Part shown: positions 10,301 to 23,051 of the stretch, one piece after another
Layout: every line of letters starts with the position of its first letter
Numbering within the stretch: the first letter of the stretch is position 1
NCBI GenBank assembly: GCA_951406725.2
Contig: OX597837.1
Coordinates: 12,896,001-12,960,000, forward strand
DNA length: 64,000 nt
Source of the DNA: Octopus vulgaris
Lineage: Eukaryota
Reading direction: 5' to 3'
Made by a program: the position numbers and the translations under genes
The notes under the pieces: model-generated
What the model was told of the DNA's origin: nothing
The model's input: the letters and a program-made list of their open reading frames with translations, nothing else
The model's database searches: none

Positions 10301-11914
10301 AGGTGAGAAGTAAAGTGAAGTTATTAAATCTGATTGGAACTAATTGTTTTTAATGTGAGATGTTTAACACAGTTTTGCCCCAGAACAAAATATCTAAAAT
10401 TAGAAATGGCAAAAATGAAAAGATTACATTATTGTGCAAGGTGGTTCGTTAAATTGATCAACGATATTCACTGATTTGAAAATGAAAATCATTTTGGAAA
10501 AATCTGTTTTCGTAGAAGTAGTTGCAATTATTTGTCTAAACATCTGGACAAAGGTTTTTTTTTTTTAAATGAAATAACAAAAGTTCCCTCTCCTTCACAA
10601 ATACATCCATAGAAATACACACACACAGACGTGTGTGTGTATACACCCATATATACAAACACATTTTTACAGAAATAAAGGCAGCGTAATATAAAGAACA
10701 CATGAATAATCGAATCTGTTTATCTTTTACTTGCTTCAGTCACTGGCCTGAGGCCATGCTGGAGCACTGCCTTCAAAAGTTTTAGCCAAATAGATCAAAC
10801 CTCAGTACTTATCTTAAAGTCTGATACTTATTCCATTGGTCTCTTTTACTGAACCACTAAGTTACAGAGACAAAAACAAACCATTATTGGTTTTAAGTGG
10901 CATGGGTGGGAGAAAGGGGCAAAAATAACCAAGCATTTAAGATTGGCACCCACATGGTTTCTGTCTATAAAATTCACCCTCAAGGCACTGGTTGGCCCAG
11001 GGCTATTGAAAACATTTGTTAAAGAAACACAAGATGAATAAATGAATAAAATATAGACAAAATCAAAAGTTGAGACAGAAACATTGATAAAAGATAAGAG
11101 CAGAAATAATAAATTGTCAACCACAGACAACTGGTAGAGCGTAATAATTTGCCTGCCAGTACGGGTTTCAGAAACCAGTTTATGCGCCAATGTACTAAAG
11201 ATTTAAAGAACTGCTGACAGTGGAACCTATAAGGTTAAGGGTAGCCATCTACAAGGTCAGTGTTTAGAGTAAACACTTGTGTGCAGAGGGCGCTGCTGTA
11301 TCCTATCTCTGAATGCAGGAGTCCATGTCTCATCTGGCAGTGAAGCAGCTCTGTAGGTATTTCAGCCCCTTCCATTGCGACACCAGAACTGCCCAGTGCT
11401 GCCTACCAGTGTAGGTAAGAAAACTCCCACACAAACACACAAGCTTTGTTGACTCTGGGCCAGATGTTTCTACCATCCTTGATGCTTGTTCTTGCCACAC
11501 CACTCATTCTCTCCCTTGAACCAAACATAATGGTTTGCTTTCTCAGCAGCTTCCAACGATTCTCTGCTAACATTTTTCTTTCCTTTTTCTCTCCTCCGCA
11601 GTTAACCCCTGTTCCAACAAATCATCTAACACCTGGTTCAGCAGCAGGGGATTCAGTAGTTCACATCTACTTTGTAGCGATGTAGTATCCATAACCAAGA
11701 TATTTACCTGGCTGTAGGGAATTGGGTGCCACAGAGTGGCACAGTGCTCCTCATGCAGAAGAAGCAGCACCATAAAACTACCGAGTGCTTGCAATTCAAG
11801 CTTCTCCAGGGGTTTTTTCTTCATTTAAACAGACACACGCACATGCACAGACTCACATAATGTCAGAGGAATTTGCATGGCGCTTTATCTAGAGAAATGA
11901 TTTTTTTCAATATG

Positions 11915-12143
11915 TTAACCCTTTCGTTACCAACCCGGCTAAAACCGGCTCTGGCTCTTTAGTATAAATGTCTTGTTTTCATAAGTCTTTCATTAAAATC
12001 TTCCACCAAACCTTAGTTGCAATTTTGGTTCCTAACACTAGCTTAATGATAACGAAGTTATTTTACTAAATTCTTTATTATATTTAAAATAATTGAAAGA
12101 AACACAGAGCATCTCAACAGAAATACAGTAACGAATAGGTTAA
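11915..12143. mobile_element. piggyBac-type MITE, family 1 (~230 bp)
   Basis: TTAA-CCCTTTCGTTAC...GTAACGAATAGG-TTAA; at least 8 copies in the window. Confidence 0.85.
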
Positions 12144-14804
12144 CATGACAGACGTCAGAATTAAGTTTTCACTCAATAATTCTCTTAAGACTATGATAGA
12201 ATTTTTTTTTTTTGTTTTGTAACTGTAGGGAAAACAAAGCAGCAGGCAATTAAAATATTGTTAAAGATAAAGACAAACTGTTAAGCTAAAGAATAGGTCC
12301 TGCCTTATAAGTCAACCAAATCTGTCAATCAACATTCTGGTTCCATTGCTGATTCATACATAATTCCATAAACCTTACCAAAATTTGTAAATTCAGATGC
12401 GTTTATATGCCAGGAATGAGAAGAGAAACTTATCCAAATTTATGAAATTCACGAAATATTTTTAGTTGGTGTCAACCAGTATTAGTATCTCTAAACTCAT
12501 TATCCCTCACTCGCTGCCATTTACTTACATCTTATTTTGTTTTTAGTAAAATTACTGTAAAATTGTGAATATAACATTCTTTTAAGTTTTGTAGTATGAG
12601 AGGTGGTCAAGGTGAAGTGCTTTGCCTCTACATTTGCATAATATGTGATCTACTCAGACTACCACAATGGTCATCGGTCATCAACTAAAACAACTCAAAG
12701 TTTCACCTTTGCGAGTGCATAAGTCAGGAATTAAGACTGGGGCATTTTGCCAAGCAAGTGCAATAATAATAATAATAATAAGGCATCTATTAATATTAGT
12801 GCAAGTTTCACCATGCAAACATGTAGTGTAAGTTGTCTACTAAGACTGGTGCAGATTTCACCAACGTCGGCTGGAAGAATTCTCAAGAATTTAGAATCTC
12901 TCGTTCACATCAGACATGTAACCGAAAGGAAAATGTTGACGGCTGCTGGAATGGCACCAGCTTGCATGCATGCTCGAACATCTGAAACATATAAGACTTT
13001 AAAAGAGGTGATGGTCACAAAAACCTTGTCGTCTAAAGAAATACGCAACAAACATGTAAGATTCATCAACAACATGCTTCGACTTCAGATAACCCATTTG
13101 ATGAGCATGAAGGGTTCGACAGAACCTTAAGACACAGGATGAACATGCTGACATTTATTTTGGATCTATCACCTAGAATAAAAAAAAAACAAAGAAACAT
13201 TGGGTGTTTCAAGGAAAAACGAAACAACATTAATGCTGTTACCCATATGAGGTCATTATTTAGTGTCCACTCTTATTGCTTACATGGGTTAGATGGAGTT
13301 TACTGAGGTAGGTTTTCAATGGCCGGATGCACTTCCAGTTGCCAACCTTCACCTGTTTCCGGGCAACACAAAACTTCCCCGTGGCCAGACATATTTTACA
13401 CAGAAGACGGGAAACTAAGAAAATTGTTTCTATGTCACTGATGCTCATTTGCAACCATCACATGATGTCAAGACATACACTACCGTCAGAAATTAATTAG
13501 CACCCTTGATTTGCTCTTCACTCAAGGTATGTGCTGTCACCTAGTGGCCATATCTCGAACTATTGCTTTGTTGCAAGTTCACTGTTGCGCAGAACGATGA
13601 CGTAACTTTGTTTGCAGAGCAGTTTGAGAGTCTACAGCCTTATGATGTTGACATAGCAGTGCAACAACTTGGAGTGCGGATGCAGACAAATCTTCCTTTG
13701 TTTAATAGATATAGGTAGCGCCTCGCAAGGACCGAAATCACACCATACTAAGTTTTCTCATCGTGTAAGACGTTTTGAACAGCTCATAGGTTAATTGATT
13801 TAACCTATTTAATGTAGAAATTTGAGAAGTGCTAGTTAATTTCTGACGCAAGTGTAGGTAGACGTAGACACACACACAAATATTTGCCCACACATACAAA
13901 TACACACACACACATACATATATATAATTATATACACGCATACATACACGCACACACATACATATATACATACAACAGGGTTTTTTCCCAAGTTTCTGTC
14001 TACCGAATCTACTTACAGGATTACAGTATATGACACTCACCCAAGGTGCCATGGATTAAGATTGAACCTGAGACTGCAATACTTGGGAAGCAAGCTTCTT
14101 AACCATAGTGCCATACCTATACGAACACACACACACACATGTAGGTATTTAGATACATGCATACATATATATATATAATACACACACACACACATACATA
14201 CATATACACACACACACACACACATCACACGCACAAACATACACATATATATGACAGGCTTCTTTCAGTTTCCATCTACGAAATCCATTCGCAAAGCCTT
14301 GGTCGGACCAAAGCTGTAATAAGGAGAGACTTACCCAAGGTGCCACGCAGTAAGGACTGAACCCAGAACCATGTGAATCAGAAAGCAAACTTCTTAACCA
14401 CACAGCCACAACAGCACCCACCCACACACACAAATAAATACAATCCACACACAGTATTTATTGATTTGTCTTCCTTAATAAAACTGTTCTCTGACAACAA
14501 TGCAAGGCCCAGCAGCATTTCTGTATGAACCAGTGTATCCTCCTCGTCATCAATAATGACATCAAATATGTATCAAAAACAATAGAATAAAGTGAAGCAA
14601 AAAAAAAATATGCAATTCGTTAATATTCATTGCAATTGCCAGAATGACAGGAAATTGATGTCTGTTTACAGTGAAGGGAAAGAGCGATAGGACAGAGTGT
14701 GAGATTTAAGCTGGGGATGAATAACAATCGCTCCTGTTTCTTACAACCGGACCAGTGTTTGTTTGTATATATTCAAGGTTGCCTACTACACATTTGTATG
14801 TATC

Positions 14805-14858
<54 letters not shown>

Positions 14859-14963
14859 TATCAAGAGAGACAGGGTGAAAATGACCTGTCTCCAGCATGC
14901 TTGAAGTGCCGATACCATAAAAAAAACTATCAAAAACTCCAGCTAAATCTCTTTTATGAATTA

Positions 14964-15333
14964 CTAGCAGTATCGCCCGGTGTTGCTCGGGTTTGTAAGG
15001 GAAATAACTATAAAGCATTTTTAGAGAGTTATAGCCAAAAAATGGAAAAAAAATTATGGTAAATTTTTTTTTTAGTTAAAAAGGTCGAGTTGCGTCCCCT
15101 AGACAGTCTGTGGTTTGTGTTTCTGATTCTCGACCCCATGTCGAATTTATCGATTTTTTTCAGAACTGGGGGAACTTTTCAAAATTTTCGCTGCGTTAGT
15201 TTTGAATTATGATATTGGGCTATGTGTGTGTCAAGTTTCATCAGAATCGGTTGAAAGCCGTGGTCAGGGTGAGGGTACCACCTAACAGACACACAGAAAC
15301 ACACACAGACAAACTGCCGTTTATATAGAGAGA
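14964..15333 (-). mobile_element. Non-autonomous Helitron
   Basis: On the minus strand it starts A|TC(tctctatataaa) and ends with hairpin cccg-agcaacac-cggg followed by CTAG|T; no TSD. Confidence 0.8.
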
Positions 15334-15403
15334 TTATTATTATTATTATTATATAATATAAATATTATATTTATATTATATATATATATATATACACATA
15401 CAA

Positions 15404-15444
<41 letters not shown>

Positions 15445-15461
15445 CATACATACATACATAC

Positions 15462-15505
<44 letters not shown>

Positions 15506-15544
15506 CATACATACATACATAATTATAACCATATATATATATGT

Positions 15545-15845
15545 TGTTTGTGCCTTCTCGATCCACGCCAGGCTCATGAGGGCCAGTTTCCTGGTTTCCT
15601 TGGCATATAGGTTCCCCACCTGGACAGGACGCCGGTCCATCGCAGGTGAGCTGTTAGATGCAGGAGGAAAGAGTAAGAGAAAGCTGTGGCGAAAGAGTCA
15701 GCAGAAGTTCGCCATTACCTTCTGCCGGAGCCGCGTAGAGCTTAGGTGTTTCGCTCATAAACACACACATCGCCCGGTCTGAGATTCGAACCCGCGATCT
15801 CTCAACCGCGAGTGAGCTGCTCTAACCACTGGGCCATGTGCCTAT
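15545..15845 (-). mobile_element. tRNA(Arg)-like SINE family C
   Basis: Head tggcccagtggttagagcagc...ctcgcgg...ggttcgaatctc; homologous to 33005-33297. Confidence 0.82.
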
Positions 15846-16131
15846 ACGCATAACATCAAAGTAACACGCAGGAGGTCGCTAGTGGCACATCACCTGTTTA
15901 AGCAGCATTCCCACTTAAATCAGCCTCTCTTCTCCAACTGCTTCTTCGAGATGTGACAAGGTCCACCATGACCAAGAGAGAGCCAGGCACCTGAATCCAG
16001 TACCTGACTCCCTAGCACAGAGGTTGCCATGGTATTCTACGTCTAATGCCTGTGGAAAGTAAATCTCATACCTTGATTTATTTCTGTTTACTCAAAGTCA
16101 TCGTGGAACATGGCAAGTTGTTCAAAACCTT

Positions 16132-16544
16132 GGATCTTTTCGGTTTGAACGGCAGTTTTTTAATATAATTTCCACGTAACTAAACACTTTTAAACTTCGT
16201 ATACTGGTAGAATGTGTTTATAAAACATCTTTTTCTCTTGGCTTTATTGAGAAAATTCTATAGTTTGTAAGATATTTGTTGTTTTTTTCTTCAATTTCTG
16301 CAATTTCAACCAATCACTGACGTCTATTGAGGTAAAAAAGCATTCTGTGCCGTATGAATATGTCCCTCGTTTCAAGAAACAGATTGGGTTTATTTACATT
16401 TCTGAAGAAAAAAAGATACCCATCCCCCTAACCCTAACCCTAAAACAGATTGAAATGCAATAGATCGATACTAGGGTCATAATTATGGGTGACAATTTCA
16501 TATGACACAGCTAGAAAAAACTGCCGTTCAAACCGAAAAGATCC
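16132..16544. mobile_element. MITE with 29-bp perfect TIRs and 8-bp TSD
   Basis: ggatcttttcggtttgaacggcagttttt / aaaaactgccgttcaaaccgaaaagatcc; flanks aaaacctt / aaagcctt. Confidence 0.88.
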
Positions 16545-16864
16545 AAAGCCTTTCTTCTTCCCAGAAATCTTTATTGAACATCGTATACTCACTGAATGCA
16601 TTCATTTATTGCAAGTTGCAGTAAAACATTGAACGTGAAGTTATTCGCGCAGAACGAGTGTTGTCGTTATTTTACTGCACAGATGTATTTCATGGTTATT
16701 GGATTAACGATTCAGTCCAATTATTAATGTGTTAAAGTTTTTATTAGCGACCACCCACGCTAAGTATGTATGTGTGTATGTTTGTATGTATCTAGTGATC
16801 TATCTACATATTTATACACCCCTATCTATCTATTTATTTTACTTCTATCTTTCTATCAATATAT

Positions 16865-17175
16865 TTATCTATCTCTCTATTTATATACCTGTATCTATCC
16901 ATCTATATATCTATCTATCTACCTATTTATATACCTGTATCTATCCATCTATATATCTATCTATCTACCTATTTATATACCTGTATCTATCCATCTATAT
17001 ATCTATCTATCTACCTATTTATATACCTGTATCTATCCATCTATATATCTATCTATCTACCTATTTATATACCTGTATCTATCCATCTATATATCTATCT
17101 ATCTACCTATTTATATACTTGTATCTATCTATCTATCTATCTATCTACCTATTTATATACCTGTATCTATCTATT
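16865..17175. repeat. Minisatellite, 46-bp unit built from TATC
   Basis: tatctatccatctatatatctatctatctacctatttatatacctg, about 6-7 copies. Confidence 0.9.
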
Positions 17176-17196
17176 TATGTGGGTATTTAGTTATGT

Positions 17197-17245
<49 letters not shown>

Positions 17246-17755
17246 TGTCTCTCCTTCTCTCCATTTCCCCCACTCTTCTTCCTATCCAACGATGCATTCA
17301 CGCACAATGTCCAACCTATTTATTGTTATTTTTATATATAAAAAGATATTGACTTTTTCTGGATGGTCTTCTTTACTTTCTATTTTTTTTCCATATTTTT
17401 TTGTTTTGTTTTGTTTTGCTGTAATAAATAAACTGCTTTGATTACAAACACCATATTGATTACAACTGTGAACTACAAAGTGCATTTATGGATTCTCAGC
17501 CAACATTACTCATTGTAGATGCAAGTGTGGTTGTGTGGTTAAGGGGGTTGCCTCCCAACCATGTGGCCTTGGGTTCAGTCCCACTGCACAGCACCTTGGA
17601 CAGGTGTTTTCTACTATAGCCCCACAAGCCAAGCATTACTTTGAGAATGGATTTGGTAGCTGGAAACTGAAAGAAGTCCATCGCATATATACATAACGAG
17701 GTGCCTTGACTTAAGTAAATAATTCAACTGAAACTTACATATATATATATGTATG

Positions 17756-17811
<56 letters not shown>

Positions 17812-17814
<3 letters not shown>

Positions 17815-18020
17815 CGGGAAGGTTTACGAAAATAAACAAAAGACGAAGGCAGGTGGAGTACAAACAAACAATTGTATTAGTATGGCGCTCAGGAATAGAA
17901 ATAGAAAAAGTCCTTTACGTTTCGAGCCTACGCTCTTCGACAGAAAGATACACAGAAAAGAAACACAGAAAGAAACAAGGAGAGAAAAAAAATGCGTGTA
18001 GGAGCTAACGGTCCATCATG
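17812..18020 (-). mobile_element. Penelope-like pLTR fragment with degenerate hammerhead motif
   Basis: Adjoins (TA)n; minus strand ctgtcga-a-gagc-gtag-gctc-gaaa-cg-ta; homologous to 28500-28675 and 33945-34130. Confidence 0.55.
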
Positions 18021-18314
18021 GCTATGCACACACACACACACACACAAACACATATAAGTGCAAGCATGGCTGAGTGGTAAGAAACTTGCTTCCAAACCAC
18101 ATGGTTCCAGGTTCAGTCCCACTGTGTGGCACCTTGGGCGAGTGTCTTCTACTATAGCTTCAGGTCAACCAAAGCCTTGTGAGTGGATTTGGTAGATGGA
18201 AACTGAAAGAGGCTCTTCACACACACACATACATATATATGAAGATGGACAAAACCCTGCTAAACATTTTGCCTGATGTGCTAACCAGTTTACCACCATA
18301 ATAATAATAATAAT

Positions 18315-18672
18315 AATAAGAGCACTCACAGAACGTAAACCTCTGCCAAGGCAACACCAACATCCTCTCAACGATTAGCCAGAGAAGATTTTTAAAATGA
18401 GAATATCTGAAATAAACTCGACTACTCTCACAAACGAGAATACTAAAAATGAACTTGACCACTCTCAAAAATTAAGTAAAAAAACAGGAAAAAAAATCCA
18501 GAATCCTTGTCTGATACCAGATCGATCCCAAAATCTAATCAGTTCGTGCCAATCATGAGGCCAAATATCCTTGGAAGTTTCATACGAATCCACCAAGCAG
18601 TCTTTGGAATATCTTGTCCACGGACAAACAAACAAACAAACACGACTGAAAACAATATCTCCACCTTAGCGA
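18315..18672. mobile_element. Helentron/DINE-1-like non-autonomous element
   Basis: aagagcactcacagaacgtaaacctctgccaagg at one end; (caaa)n microsatellite and degenerate palindrome at the other, typical HINE layout. Confidence 0.55.
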
Positions 18673-18875
18673 ATCTTTCTATGTAATCTCAAGCTTTAAA
18701 ACAAACATAATTTTCGTATGGTTTTTTTAGGCATTCACTAGTACAACACTAAGTACAAAACCAAATATATGGCACCCTAGGCATAACACCAACATGAACT
18801 TCCAACTTGTTGTCTCTTGAGGTCTCTGGGTGAGACTTGGAGCCAGTTTGTGCAAACGTAAAGCAAAAGTCAAAC

Positions 18876-18922
<47 letters not shown>

Positions 18923-19440
18923 TTGGAATATAGTACTCAGTAGAACTGTTACAAAAGCTTTGCTGCCTTGGCATGGCCAGAATAATCAAGGAAGTATCAG
19001 ATAGTTGAAAAGAACAGATAGGCAGCAAATCCGTTATGCATGCAAGACTCCAAGAGTTCCAACAAAACTTGAATTAAAAGGAACAACAATAATAATAATA
19101 ATAATGCTGAAAATATTAGTAATATTAGATATGGCAGTTTCCATTGAAATTCAATCAGTTGTCTGCTTTTGAGAAATCAATACAATCAATATCGTATCAT
19201 ATTTTAGGGAAGAATGACGTCAGTTCACTTGTGCACATGCACTGCAAGAAAAAAATAAAACAAAACAAGAACAAAAAAAAACACACTGCTACCAATTCCA
19301 ACAGAGATCAAATTCTTTAATTACATTCTAAGAGACTTATTAAACGTTTATTTATTTATGTCATTTTGGAAATTGTAGCAAGGCCGACCAGATAGGATAG
19401 CAGACCCATTAGTCAAAGGGTCCCTGGTATATATATACAA

Positions 19441-20042
19441 AGGCGGCAAGCTGGCAGAAACGTTAGTATGCCAGGCAAAATGCCTAGCAGTATTTCGTCT
19501 GCCGCTACGTTCTGAGTTCAAATTCTGCCGAGGTCGACTTTGCCTTTCATCCTTTCGGGGTCAATTAAATAAGTACCAGTTATGCACTGGGGTCGATATA
19601 ATCGACAATCTGTTTGTCTGTCCTTGTTTGTCCTCTCTGTGTTTAGCCCCCTTGTGGGTAGTAAAGAAATAGGTATTTCGTCTGCCGCTACGTTCTGAGT
19701 TCAAACTCCGCCGAGGTCGACTTTGCCTTTCATCCTTTCAGGGTCGATTAAATAAGTACCAGTTATGCACTGGGGGCGAAATAATCGACTTAATCCATTT
19801 GTCTGTCCTTGTTTGTCCTCCCTGTGTTTAGCCCCCTTGTGGGCAGTAAAGAAATAGGTATTTCATCTGCCACTACGTTCTGAGTTCAAACTCTGCCAAG
19901 GTCGACTTTGCCTTTCATCCTTTCGGGGTCGATTAAATAAGTACCAGTTATGCACTGGAGTCGATATAATCGACTTAATCCGTTTATCTGTCCTTGTTTG
20001 TCCCCTCTGTGTTTAGTCCCTTGTGGGTAGTAAAGAAACAGG
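19441..20042 (+). mobile_element. SINE family B trimer
   Basis: One head followed by three ~185-bp units joined at aaagaaata|ggtatttc. Confidence 0.88.
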
Positions 20043-20535
20043 TATACATACAAAGGAGATGGAGTGCCAGAAATAGTGGAATGCCAGAGAAAATACATGG
20101 TAGTATGTAGCTATGACCCTCTATGTTCTGAGTTCAAATTCCATGGGGGTTGATGTAACATTACACTTGTTATTATTGTTGTTCTTCAGCCACAGATCAG
20201 CTTTGCTAGAGCAGGCACTCTAACCATGAGCATTCCATCTTTTTTTAGGCAAAACTTATCTAAGACTACCTTATCCAATGTCACCTCTTTTTTTAAGATG
20301 GTTGGCTGTGATTTGAGGGAGACTTGGCTATGATTTCCAGCATGTTGAGTAATGATGCAGAGCTGCTTGTTACCTTCATCCTCCGTTATCTCCTTTTATG
20401 AATCAGGAATCACATCCAATCACTTCCACAGTGTTTTTCAGTGACCAACACATTTGGGATCATGCCCGATCCTCAGCAGTAATTAGGTCTCATAGACTAA
20501 AACAGAGTGCCTTTTTCCAAAATGAAAATGTTGCA

Positions 20536-20701
20536 AGGCGCAAGAGTGGCTGTGTGGTAAGTAGCTTGCTTACCAACCACATGGTTCCGGGTTCAGTCCC
20601 ACTGCGTGGCATCTTGGGCAAGTGTCTTCTGCTGTAGCCCCGGGCCGACCAATGCCTTCTGAGTGAATTTGGTAGACGGAAACTGAAAGAAGTCTGTCAT
20701 A

Positions 20702-20758
<57 letters not shown>

Positions 20759-20962
20759 TTGTCCCCCTAGCATTGCTTGACAACCGATGCTGGTGTGTTT
20801 ACGTCCCCGTCACTTAGCGGTTCGGCAAAAGAGACCGATAGAATAAGTACTGGGCTTACAAAGAATAAGTCCCAGGGTCGATTTGCTCAACTAAAGGCGG
20901 TGCTCCAGAATGGCCGCAGTCAAATGACTGAAACAAGTAAAAGAGTAAAGAGTAAGAGTAAA
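20536..20962 (+). mobile_element. SINE family A
   Basis: Full-length match to other copies. Confidence 0.88.
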
Positions 20963-21074
20963 TGAGACATCAGCTTTTATTAATCAACTCCCTATAACTG
21001 TGGCCCTATGGAATTCTTCCCTAGCCAACCATGTGTGACCACAGCCCAATGGAACTCTTACTTAGCCAGCCACG

Positions 21075-21270
21075 TGTGACCAAACTTAGTCATGTGGAAT
21101 CCTCTTCTAGGTGATGTAAGAAAAGGAAATCGTTGTCACACTTATATCAACAACTTAATGGCAGACACTGGCCTGGAATGTATCTAGGCCCTAGGGGCAG
21201 TGAGAATGGACTGAGAAGTGTGGCTCGTAGACTTTGTCACTGCGGCCCATGTTGGAACCCAGCCATGATA
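21075..21270 (+). mobile_element. Degenerate RTE-like LINE 3' end
   Basis: Translates as LVMWNPLLGDVRKGNRCHTYINNLMADTGL, followed by an (ATA)n tail. Confidence 0.5.
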
Positions 21271-21548
21271 ATAATAATAATAATAATCCTTTCTACCAAA
21301 CACACAAGGCCTGAAATCTTGGTGGAGAGGACCCCAATGTTTCAATGGTGAATGGATTTGGTATACGGAAACTGAGAGAAGCCCATTGTGTATGTGTATG
21401 TGTGTGTGGTTCTGTGTCTGTGTTTGTCTCCCACAACCACTTGACACCCGGTGTTGGTGTGGTTACATCCGCCTAAGTTAGCAGATCGACATAAGAGACC
21501 GAAGAAAGAAGCACCAGGTTTTAAAAAGGGAAAAAAAAATTAATACTG

Positions 21549-21713
21549 AGGCGCAGGAGTGGCTGTGTGGTAAGTAGCTTGCTTACCAACCACATGGTTC
21601 CAGGTTCAGTCCCACTGCGTGGTACCTTAGGGCAAATGTCTTCTACTATAGCCTCGAGCTGACCAAAGCCTTGTGAGTGGATTTGGTAGACGGAAACTGA
21701 AAGAAGCCCGACG

Positions 21714-21773
<60 letters not shown>

Positions 21774-21985
21774 TGTTTGTGTGTCTGTGTTTGTCCCCCC
21801 TAGCATTGCTTGACAACCGATGCTGGTGTGTTTACGTCCCCGTCACTTAGCAGTTCGGCAAAAGAGACCGATAGAATAAGTACTGGGCTTACAAAGAATA
21901 AGTCCCAGGATCAAGTTGCTCGATTAAAGGCGGTGCTCCAGCATGGCCGCAGTTAAATGACTGAAACAAGTAAAAGAGTAAAAGA
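21549..21985 (+). mobile_element. SINE family A
   Basis: Full-length match to other copies. Confidence 0.88.
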
Positions 21986-22414
21986 GAGAGAGAGAGAGGT
22001 TGATTCCTTCAACTGAAAATTCTTCAAGGTGTTGCCCCAGCATGGCCACAGCCCAATGCCTGAAACGAATACAAGACGAGATGGCAAAAAATACACATGG
22101 ATGCCTAAACAATCAACCTTCATCAGTCAGTCAATCCCAAATCAATCCATACAGCCATGGTTTATCCGTTTGCACACACAATAAGTGTTTGAAGTGAAGA
22201 ACCACATTTGCTGCAATAACAGACGCAGGCAATCAATATTTGCCAAAGAAAGGTGCAGGAAAATAACAGACTCGATCTGATAGAGCGAATGCAGGCAGGT
22301 CGCATATACTTCTACCCACACACGACTCTCCGTTTAGGTTGATGTGTGCACACTATAAATATAAATGTGTGTAGGTGTGTGTGTGTCTGTGTGTGTACTG
22401 CATGTATTTTATGT

Positions 22415-23051
<637 letters not shown>

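Noticed and set aside
12747-13130. 127-aa plus-strand ORF
   Set aside because: Non-ATG start, no recognisable homology and no supporting exon structure.
19200-19275. Strong acceptor ttttatttttttcttgcag considered for TTC39C exon 2
   Set aside because: Runs into stops; the real exon 2 was found at 27312-27360.
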